Below, piece after piece: positions 26,358 through 33,508 of a stretch of DNA of 34,957 bases. Below the pieces are notes generated by a model that saw only the letters and a program-made list of their open reading frames with translations, was not told where the DNA came from and did not search any database. Every line of letters begins with the position of its first letter. The stretch's first letter is position 1. This DNA is from a virus (lineage: Duplodnaviria > Caudoviricetes), in the IMG/VR virus record IMGVR_UViG_3300005512_000145, positions 1 to 34,957 of that record, one strand, 5' to 3'. Made by a program: the position numbers and the translations under genes.

Positions 26358-28295
26358 ATGGCTTTTCAAGTATCACCAGGAGTAAATGTAAGTGAGATTG
26401 ACCTCACTACGGTGGTGCCTGCCGTATCGACCACTACTGGAGCCCTTGCTGGGCATTTCAAATGGGGTCCTGTTGACCAAAGAGTTCTAATTAGCAGTGA
26501 AGACAACCTCGTGTCTGTTTTCAACAAACCTAATGCGAACACTGCGGATGACTTCTTTACGGCTGCTAACTTTCTTGCATATGGTAATGCACTGTTTGTG
26601 ACTCGTGCAGTTACTTCAGCAAATAATGCAACGACAGGCGGCACAGGCGCATACATTACTAACGAAGATTACTATAATGAAACATATGCTCACTCAAGCG
26701 GTCATGGCGATTGGGTGGCTAAATATCCAGGTGACATTGGTAACTCACTAAAGGTTTCTGTATGTCACAGTGCAAACGCATGGGAAAGCACAGTTGCAAC
26801 TAACTACTATGCTACTCAAAACTCAAAAACAGTTACACTTGCTGGTGACGGCCAAGGTTCATCTAACACAGAAACACAGTTTGTTGTTGGTGACAGAATC
26901 TTGCTAGGTCCAGATAAAGAAGCAAGAAAGATTGCCTCTGTTTCTGGTAACACTATTACACTAACAAGTGCATACGGTGGTAATACAGTTTCCAACTACT
27001 CACCATCATTGACTCGTCAATGGGAGTTCTATTCAAACTTTGATAGAGCGCCGACAACAACAACTTATGCTAACACTGTAAATGCTCAGGGTGATGCAAT
27101 CCATGTTGCTATTGTTGACGAAGATGGTGTAATTACTGGAGCATCTGGTTCAGTTCTAGAAGCATATGAAAATGTTTCTCAAGCAACTGATGCTAAAGAC
27201 GCACAAGGTTCTACCCTATACTACAAAGATGTGATTAACAGTCAATCTCAGTGGGTTTGGTGGGGCGCACACAACAGTAGCATGAGTAAAGCAGGAACTA
27301 GAGCAGACCTAACAAATGATGGAACTGCTGGTTCTGGAACTAACTATCCAGGCAACGATTTGCCTCGCTCAAACAGCATGACTAAAGGTAAAGACGGTTC
27401 TGCTTCAGATGCCGCTTACATTTCTGCATACAATAAGTTCAAAGATGCTGATACTGTAGATGTATCACTAGTTCTTGGCTCCGGTTCAAGTTCTACTGTT
27501 GCTACACACATTATCAACAACATTGCTGAACATCGTAAAGATTGTGTAGCAGTCATTTCACCTGAAAGGGCTGATGTTGTAAACAACAATACTTACGAAG
27601 GCAAAGAAACAGATGATGTTATTGCGTTTAGAGATGGTCTACCTTCATCTTCTTATGCTGTAATGGACTCTGGTTGGAAGTATCAGTATGACAAATATAA
27701 CGATGTGTATCGTTATGTGCCACTAAACGGTGACACTGCTGGTCTAATGGTTCAGACAGACTTGACAAGGGATCCATGGTATTCGCCTGCAGGCTTTAAT
27801 CGTGGTAATGTCAAGAATGTTATCAAACTTGCTTACAATCCAAGTAAAGCAAACAGAGATGAACTTTACAAAAAAGGCATCAATCCTGTCGTCACATTCC
27901 CTGGCCAAGGCACAGTTCTATTTGGTGACAAGACGATGCTTGCACAGCCTAGTGCTTTCGACAGAATCAATGTTCGTAGATTGTTCATTGTTCTTGAAAA
28001 AGCAATTAGCACAGCCTCTAAGTTTACACTCTTTGAGTTCAACGATGAGTTCACTCGTTCACAGTTTAAGAACCTAGTTGAGCCATTCCTAAGAGATGTT
28101 CAAGGTCGCCGTGGTATCACGGACTTCCAAGTTGTCTGTGATGGAACAAACAACACTGGCGAAGTCATTGATAGAAATGAGTTTGTGGGTGACATCTATG
28201 TCAAACCTGCTCGTTCTATCAACTTTATCCAGTTGAACTTTGTTGCTGTAAGAACTGGCGTAGAATTTTCTGAAATCGTCGGAAGAGCAACATAA
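26358..28295 (+). CDS. gp18: Tail sheath protein gp18 (start more likely ATG 26358)
   Basis: MAFQVSPGVNVSEIDLT, FKWGP, PWYSPAGFNRG, FDRINVRRLF, IYVKPARSINFIQLNFVA; SD GGAG at 26346-26349 is properly spaced for 26358. Confidence 0.97.
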   Translation: MAFQVSPGVNVSEIDLTTVVPAVSTTTGALAGHFKWGPVDQRVLISSEDNLVSVFNKPNANTADDFFTAANFLAYGNALFVTRAVTSANNATTGGTGAYITNEDYYNETYAHSSGHGDWVAKYPGDIGNSLKVSVCHSANAWESTVATNYYATQNSKTVTLAGDGQGSSNTETQFVVGDRILLGPDKEARKIASVSGNTITLTSAYGGNTVSNYSPSLTRQWEFYSNFDRAPTTTTYANTVNAQGDAIHVAIVDEDGVITGASGSVLEAYENVSQATDAKDAQGSTLYYKDVINSQSQWVWWGAHNSSMSKAGTRADLTNDGTAGSGTNYPGNDLPRSNSMTKGKDGSASDAAYISAYNKFKDADTVDVSLVLGSGSSSTVATHIINNIAEHRKDCVAVISPERADVVNNNTYEGKETDDVIAFRDGLPSSSYAVMDSGWKYQYDKYNDVYRYVPLNGDTAGLMVQTDLTRDPWYSPAGFNRGNVKNVIKLAYNPSKANRDELYKKGINPVVTFPGQGTVLFGDKTMLAQPSAFDRINVRRLFIVLEKAISTASKFTLFEFNDEFTRSQFKNLVEPFLRDVQGRRGITDFQVVCDGTNNTGEVIDRNEFVGDIYVKPARSINFIQLNFVAVRTGVEFSEIVGRAT

Positions 28296-28298
28296 ATA
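28291..28298 (+). promoter_or_regulatory. Near-consensus late promoter (CATAAATA) overlapping the gp18 stop codon, upstream of gp19
   Basis: One mismatch to TATAAATA; followed by SD AGGAG and ATG at 28321. Confidence 0.6.
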
Positions 28299-28320
28299 AG
28301 AGTAAACAGGAGAAAAGAAG

Positions 28321-28869
28321 ATGGCTTTTAATGTAAATGAATTTTCAGGCGCCCTTAAAGCGGGTGGTGCTAGAAGTTCACTGTTTCAAGTAAATATCAC
28401 GAATCCGATTAACGGTGTCGCTGATGTGCAGGTACCTTTTCTCTGCAAAGCCGCTCAAATTCCAGCCGCTACTTTGGGTGTAGTCGAAGTTCCTTACTTC
28501 GGCCGCACTGTAAAGATTGCTGGTAACAGAACATTTGCAGAGTGGGCTCCAACAATCATCAACGATGAGGATTTTGCTATTCGTAATGCTATGGAACAGT
28601 GGTCTAACAGCATTAACTCTTTCCAAGGTAACCTAAGAACAACTGGTGGCTCTGCACCTGCTTTGTATAAAGCAAACGCACAAGTCATTCAGTATTCTCA
28701 AACAGGTGAACTTCTAAGAGAGTATAATTTTGTTGGTATCTTCCCGACGGAAGTAAGCACCATTGACCTTGCTTGGGAAACTGAAGGTATTCAAGAATAC
28801 ACTGTCACTTTCCAGTATGACTATTGGGAAGTCTCTGGCGGCAATACTGGCAACGCTGGCGGCATCTAG
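28321..28869 (+). CDS. gp19: Tail tube protein gp19 (182 aa)
   Basis: GGARSSLF, FLCKAAQIPA, VPYFGRTVKIAGNRTFAEW, INDEDFAIR, FPTEVS.IDL, EYTVTFQYDYW. Confidence 0.96.
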   Translation: MAFNVNEFSGALKAGGARSSLFQVNITNPINGVADVQVPFLCKAAQIPAATLGVVEVPYFGRTVKIAGNRTFAEWAPTIINDEDFAIRNAMEQWSNSINSFQGNLRTTGGSAPALYKANAQVIQYSQTGELLREYNFVGIFPTEVSTIDLAWETEGIQEYTVTFQYDYWEVSGGNTGNAGGI

Positions 28870-28890
28870 TAATCCGTTTTTAGTTATGTT

Positions 28891-28929
28891 GGGGGCGTCA
28901 TAAATAGTATCAGGCGCTCCCTTATTTTT
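28891..28929 (+). terminator. Intrinsic terminator-like hairpin after gp19 with a CATAAATA late promoter in its loop
   Basis: GGGGGCGTC (28891-28899) pairs with GGCGCTCCC (28913-28921), 9 bp including 2 G-U, followed by TTATTTTT; CATAAATA is at 28899-28906. Confidence 0.65.
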
Positions 28930-28944
28930 CATTGAGGATATAAA

Positions 28945-30447
28945 ATGGCAGTAAATCTATTCGGTTTCAAAATTGGTAGAGATGTTGATGAGAAACAACT
29001 CGAAAATCTACCTTCATTCGTTCCACCAGCACAAGATGATGGAAGCATCACTGTTGCTGAAGGTGGTGCGTTTGGAACAACCGTAGACTTAGACAATACC
29101 GTAAAAAACGAAGCACAACTCATCACAAAATATCGTGAGATGGCACAACAGCCCGAGGCTGAAAGAGCAATTGATGATATTGTGAATGAGGCTATTGTTG
29201 CTGATGATAATCAAGCACCACTTGAAATTGTGCTTGATGATATTGAACAACCAGAATCAATCAAAAAGAAAATCCGTGAAGAATTTGAGCATATTCTCAA
29301 GTTGATGAAGTTCAACTATAGAGGATATGATATCTTTCGTCACTGGTATGTTGATGGTAGACTATACTATCATATCGTCATTGATGTGAAGAATCCTAGA
29401 CTAGGCATCAAAGAACTAAGACATATTGATCCACGAAAAATCAAAAAAGTTCGCAAAGAAAAGCGTGATGCAAATCGTAGACTAAATGAGGAAACACTTG
29501 TTAAGAGATACGATGAGTTTTTTGTATATCAGTCTAAGGGTATTACATCAGAAGGAGAAGGATTAAAAATCGCTCCTGATTCAATCGCTTATTGTCATAG
29601 TGGATTGTTAGACAATAAGAACTATACAGTTTTGTCGTATCTTCACAAAGCACTGAAACCTCTTAATCAGTTGCGTATGCTAGAAGACGCAACAGTTATC
29701 TATCGCTTGGCCCGAGCGCCTGAGCGTAGAATATTTTACATTGATGTTGGTAACTTGCCTAAAGCGAAAGCAGAACAATACTTGCGTGATATGATGGTCA
29801 AACACAAGAACAAACTTGTGTATGATGCAAATACAGGTGAAGTAAGAGATGACAGAAAGTTTCTTACAATGCTTGAGGACTATTGGTTGCCTCGTAGAGA
29901 AGGCGGTAGAGGGACAGAAATCACTACACTTCCTGGCGGTCAAAATCTAGGTGAGATGGAAGATGTCAACTACTTTAAGAATAAACTCTATGAAGCATTG
30001 AATGTTCCTACCACAAGACTACAAGCAGATGGTGCTTTCAATCTTGGTCGTGCATCAGAGATTACAAGAGATGAACTGAAGTTCTCTCGTTTCGTAAATC
30101 GTTTGAGAACTCGTTTTTCTGAAATCTTTCATATTCTACTTGAGAGACAACTTCTACTCAAAGGTGTAATCACACAAGCAGAATGGAAAGAGATACAAGA
30201 TAAGATTCATTATGATTTCATGGAAGACAATCATTTTGCTGAACTAAAAGATAGTGAAATTCTTGAGAACAGATTGCGTCTACTTGCCGATGTCGACCAG
30301 TATACAGGTAAATATTATTCTGTTTCTTGGATTCAGAAGAATGTCCTTAGACAGTCTGAAGAAGATATTGAGCAAATCAAACAAGAGATTGAAGACGAAG
30401 GTGGAGGCGAAGGCGAAGGCGAAGAAGGCGAAGATGAATTTATGTAA
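28945..30447 (+). CDS. gp20: Portal vertex protein gp20 (500 aa)
   Basis: FRHWYVDGR, YLHKALKPLNQLRMLEDA.VIYRLARAPERRIFYIDVGNLPK.KAEQY, EDYWLPRREGGRGTEITTLPGGQNLG, EITRDELKF. Confidence 0.98.
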   Translation: MAVNLFGFKIGRDVDEKQLENLPSFVPPAQDDGSITVAEGGAFGTTVDLDNTVKNEAQLITKYREMAQQPEAERAIDDIVNEAIVADDNQAPLEIVLDDIEQPESIKKKIREEFEHILKLMKFNYRGYDIFRHWYVDGRLYYHIVIDVKNPRLGIKELRHIDPRKIKKVRKEKRDANRRLNEETLVKRYDEFFVYQSKGITSEGEGLKIAPDSIAYCHSGLLDNKNYTVLSYLHKALKPLNQLRMLEDATVIYRLARAPERRIFYIDVGNLPKAKAEQYLRDMMVKHKNKLVYDANTGEVRDDRKFLTMLEDYWLPRREGGRGTEITTLPGGQNLGEMEDVNYFKNKLYEALNVPTTRLQADGAFNLGRASEITRDELKFSRFVNRLRTRFSEIFHILLERQLLLKGVITQAEWKEIQDKIHYDFMEDNHFAELKDSEILENRLRLLADVDQYTGKYYSVSWIQKNVLRQSEEDIEQIKQEIEDEGGGEGEGEEGEDEFM

Positions 30448-30463
30448 TTCAGTTGCCTAGTTT

Positions 30464-30471
30464 TATAAATA
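30464..30471 (+). promoter_or_regulatory. T4-type late promoter
   Basis: Exact TATAAATA followed by SD AGGAG and ATG at 30489. Confidence 0.88.
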
Positions 30472-30488
30472 GAATACAGGAGATTTAA

Positions 30489-30686
30489 ATGTCAGACTAT
30501 ACAACAAGAGATGCAGTAGAATTTGCTTTTGATGGTAATACTGCGAAATTCAAAGACGCTATCAATAGTATTATGGCTGATAAAGTTTCAGATGCGATTG
30601 AACTAAAAAGAGTTGAAGTAGCATCTCAATTCATGTCTGCACAATCAGACGAAGGGGATACTGATGTCCAAGATTCAGAAGTTTAA
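30489..30686 (+). CDS. Small prohead core protein, gp67-like (65 aa)
   Basis: Sits immediately after the portal gene where T4 has gp67; helical, with FKDAINSIMADKVSDAIE.KRVEVA pattern and acidic tail. Confidence 0.6.
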   Translation: MSDYTTRDAVEFAFDGNTAKFKDAINSIMADKVSDAIELKRVEVASQFMSAQSDEGDTDVQDSEV

Positions 30687-31353
30687 GACTTTCCTTGAAG
30701 CAAGCGCCGCCGACTTGACGCCTGTTAAAAAGGATGACGATGAAAGAAAGAAAGCAAAGTATCGCTCAAAAGGCGAACAAGATTTTGCTGATGCTCACAC
30801 AACTGAAACTGAGCCTCATCCAACTGCTGACCCCTCTGTGCATAATGGTTCTACACAACCAACATCACCGAAAGGCTCTGATGCTGGTGAAAAACAAGTT
30901 GTAGCCGCAGGCACATCTGTAAAAGAGCCTCAGGGTGGCGGTAACTCAAAGCGTTCATCTGATAAGAAGCAAGGTGATATGACACCTGTAAATCCTATCA
31001 AAGAAGCAAAGCAGACCAAAGAAGAAGATGAGTCTGAAGAGGATGAAGACGAAATCGAAGATGATGAAGAAGATGATAACGAAGACGAAGAAGATGATGA
31101 CGAAGACGAAGAAGACCTTGAAGAAAATGTCATGGACACTTTAAGAAAAATCGTCAAAGACAAGCAAATGCAGAAAGTTAAATTCAAAAATGGTAAGTCC
31201 ATGAGAATTGATTTGACAACAGCAAGTGCTATTGTTCAGGCTTTCGACAAGAGAATTAAAAATGCATCAACAAAACAGAAGTTTGCAGATGCAATCGAAA
31301 AAGATCCAGACTCTTTTATGAAGATGATGGATGTTGCACTTGGAGGTAAGTAA
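30664..31353 (+). CDS. Prohead core / internal protein candidate with long acidic tract (229 aa)
   Basis: SD GGGGA; lies between the gp67-like gene and gp21; N-terminal KFKTFLE; about 35 residues of almost pure D/E; basic C-terminal domain. Confidence 0.6.
   Translation: MSKIQKFKTFLEASAADLTPVKKDDDERKKAKYRSKGEQDFADAHTTETEPHPTADPSVHNGSTQPTSPKGSDAGEKQVVAAGTSVKEPQGGGNSKRSSDKKQGDMTPVNPIKEAKQTKEEDESEEDEDEIEDDEEDDNEDEEDDDEDEEDLEENVMDTLRKIVKDKQMQKVKFKNGKSMRIDLTTASAIVQAFDKRIKNASTKQKFADAIEKDPDSFMKMMDVALGGK
31021..31125 (+). repeat. Low-complexity GAA/GAT/GAC tract encoding poly-Asp/Glu
   Basis: Encodes EEDESEEDEDEIEDDEEDDNEDEEDDDEDEEDLEE. Confidence 0.85.
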
Positions 31354-31637
31354 TGGCTATTAAAGTTCTAGCAAATACAGTTGCTTTTACATCTTCTGCA
31401 AATAATGTATATAATGCTACTGCCGTTCGCATTACAAACAACGGTTCTGCTAGAACAGTGGTTATTGCTAATGTTGCTGACCCTGATAACACAAATCAAC
31501 ATGGTAACTATCCGGGCAGTCAAGTATCTATTCGCATGAATGCAAACGAAGTTATTACAATTCGCAAGCGTCCACAGGATACAATCACTGCGGCGGCTGG
31601 TGTATTTGGAACTAAAGTAGCGGAGGTTTCAACATGA
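31353..31637 (+). CDS. Small beta-rich hypothetical protein (94 aa) in the head cluster
   Basis: SD GGAGG; TAATG overlap upstream and ATGA overlap with gp21; alternating beta-strand pattern. Confidence 0.75.
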   Translation: MAIKVLANTVAFTSSANNVYNATAVRITNNGSARTVVIANVADPDNTNQHGNYPGSQVSIRMNANEVITIRKRPQDTITAAAGVFGTKVAEVST

Positions 31638-32296
31638 GCCTAAAACTTATTTGCGAAGTCAACGAAGATATTAACTATATCACAGAAGCAAAAGACGAGA
31701 ATGGCAAGAAGTCATACTTCATTGAAGGTGTCTTTATGCAAGGTGATATCAAGAATCGTAACGGTCGTATATATCCATCACAAACTCTTGCAAAAGAAGT
31801 TGCTAGATATAACAAAGAGTATGTAGAAAAGAAAAGAGCATATGGTGAACTAGGTCATCCTCAGGGCCCAACAATTAACCTTGAGAGAGTTTCACACATG
31901 ATTACTGAACTAAAACAAGATGGTTCAAACTTCATGGGTAAAGCAAAGATTATGACAGAGACACCATATGGAGCAATCGTCAAGTCTCTAATGGACGAAG
32001 GCGCACAACTTGGTGTATCAAGTCGTGGTATGGGCAGTCTCAAGGCTGGAAAGGCTGGCGCACAAGAAGTGCAAAAGGATTTCTATCTTGCTACTGCCGC
32101 TGACATTGTTGCAGACCCATCTGCACCAGATGCATTTGTAAATGGCATCATGGAAAGCAAAGAGTGGGTTTGGGAGAATGGTGTAATCAGAGAAGCCACT
32201 ATCGCTGATTATGAAACAGAAATCAAGAAGGCTTCCAAGTCTGAACTAGAGAGCGTTAAACTCAAAGTTTTTGAGAATTTTCTCTCAAGATTGTAA
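31634..32296 (+). CDS. gp21: Prohead protease gp21 (220 aa)
   Basis: IEGVFMQ...KNRNGRIYP, catalytic motifs GELGHP and LGVSSRG.GSL, ADIVADPSAPDAFV. Confidence 0.97.
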   Translation: MSLKLICEVNEDINYITEAKDENGKKSYFIEGVFMQGDIKNRNGRIYPSQTLAKEVARYNKEYVEKKRAYGELGHPQGPTINLERVSHMITELKQDGSNFMGKAKIMTETPYGAIVKSLMDEGAQLGVSSRGMGSLKAGKAGAQEVQKDFYLATAADIVADPSAPDAFVNGIMESKEWVWENGVIREATIADYETEIKKASKSELESVKLKVFENFLSRL

Positions 32297-32299
32297 TTT

Positions 32300-32307
32300 T
32301 ATAAATA
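32300..32307 (+). promoter_or_regulatory. T4-type late promoter for gp22
   Basis: Exact TATAAATA just after the gp21 stop codon. Confidence 0.88.
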
Positions 32308-32345
32308 GAATGTAAATGAGTAATTATCTGATAAAGGAGACTCAA

Positions 32346-33455
32346 ATGTCCGATAAAGAACTAGAGATGCAAGAGGATGACACAATCCTCGAAGCACAAG
32401 AAGTTGTAGAGGACGCTACTGAAGAGGAACTTGAAGAAGCCCGTAAAGCGAAAAACGAAGCGGAACACGATTCAGGTGACGAAGAAGAAGCGCCTAAAAT
32501 GGAAAAAGCAAAGATGCCAAAAACTAAAATTGGCATGATTAATGCTATGGCCGCGGCTATGAAAGAAATGAAAAAAGATGAACTTATGGCATCTTATGGC
32601 AAAATGATGGCCGCTATGCATCCTGGCGATGATGAAGAAGAAGAAGCCGAAGAGGGCTTCCGTGGTATGCAAACTCGCATGAGCGCCGCAAAGAAAAAGA
32701 AAGGTCTAAGAGCATCTGTTCATAAAGAAGATATCGATGTATCTGCTGATGTTCAGGCTCTATTCGGTGACGAAGAACTTTCTGAAGAGTTCAAAGAGAA
32801 AGCAACAACTATCTTTGAAGCCGCTGTAGTTTCAAAAATCAATGAAACTCTTGAGGCTGCCGATATTGATGTATCTGCTGAAATCGAAGCAGAAAAAGAA
32901 ACAATGGTAGAAGACCTCACCACTAAACTTGATGACTACCTTGAGTATGTCACAGAAGAGTGGATGAAAGAAAACGAACTTGCTATCGAAAAGGGTATTC
33001 GTGCAGAAATCGTTGAGAACTTCATGCATGGTCTACGCAACTTGTTCGCCGAAAACTATATCGACATTCCAGAAGAGAAGGTTGACCTTGTAGATGAACT
33101 TGCTGGTAAAGTTGAAGAACTTGAAGCATCTGTCAACGAGGAAGTTGAGCGTAATATCGAAATCAAAAAAGAACTTGTTGAAATGAAGAAAGACAAAGCA
33201 CTTACTGTTGTGTGTGAAGGTCTAACTGATTCACAAGTTGAAAAGATGAAGTCACTAGCAGAGGGTGTTGACTTTGATGAAGACACCTACGCTGAAAAAC
33301 TAGCGACAATCAAAGAAAACTACTTCCCTGCTGAAGAAGTTGTTGAAAGTGATGCAACTGATGAAGAACCTCTTGAAATCGAAGAAGAGGCTCAAGAAGT
33401 GACAGGCTCAATGGCTGCTTACACACAAGCCATTTCAAGAAGCATCAAAAAGTAA
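32346..33455 (+). CDS. gp22: Prohead core scaffold protein gp22 (start more likely ATG 32346)
   Basis: LSEEFKEKATTIFEAAV, LDDYLEYV.EEWMKENELAIE.GIR.EI.E.F..GL..LF.E.YIDIPEEK, KL.TIKENYF, MAAY..AI; SD AAGGAG directly precedes 32346. Confidence 0.94.
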   Translation: MSDKELEMQEDDTILEAQEVVEDATEEELEEARKAKNEAEHDSGDEEEAPKMEKAKMPKTKIGMINAMAAAMKEMKKDELMASYGKMMAAMHPGDDEEEEAEEGFRGMQTRMSAAKKKKGLRASVHKEDIDVSADVQALFGDEELSEEFKEKATTIFEAAVVSKINETLEAADIDVSAEIEAEKETMVEDLTTKLDDYLEYVTEEWMKENELAIEKGIRAEIVENFMHGLRNLFAENYIDIPEEKVDLVDELAGKVEELEASVNEEVERNIEIKKELVEMKKDKALTVVCEGLTDSQVEKMKSLAEGVDFDEDTYAEKLATIKENYFPAEEVVESDATDEEPLEIEEEAQEVTGSMAAYTQAISRSIKK

Positions 33456-33460
33456 TAATT

Positions 33461-33468
33461 TATAAATA
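33461..33468 (+). promoter_or_regulatory. T4-type late promoter for gp23
   Basis: Exact TATAAATA followed by SD AAGGAG and ATG at 33509. Confidence 0.9.
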
Positions 33469-33508
33469 TTGTAATAAAGGCTGATAGTTTACTAAAGGAG
33501 AAACTAAA

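Noticed and set aside
30402-30438. GAAGGC short tandem repeat at the end of the portal gene
   Set aside because: It only encodes an acidic G/E tail (GGGEGEGEEGEDE); variable acidic tails are ordinary for gp20.
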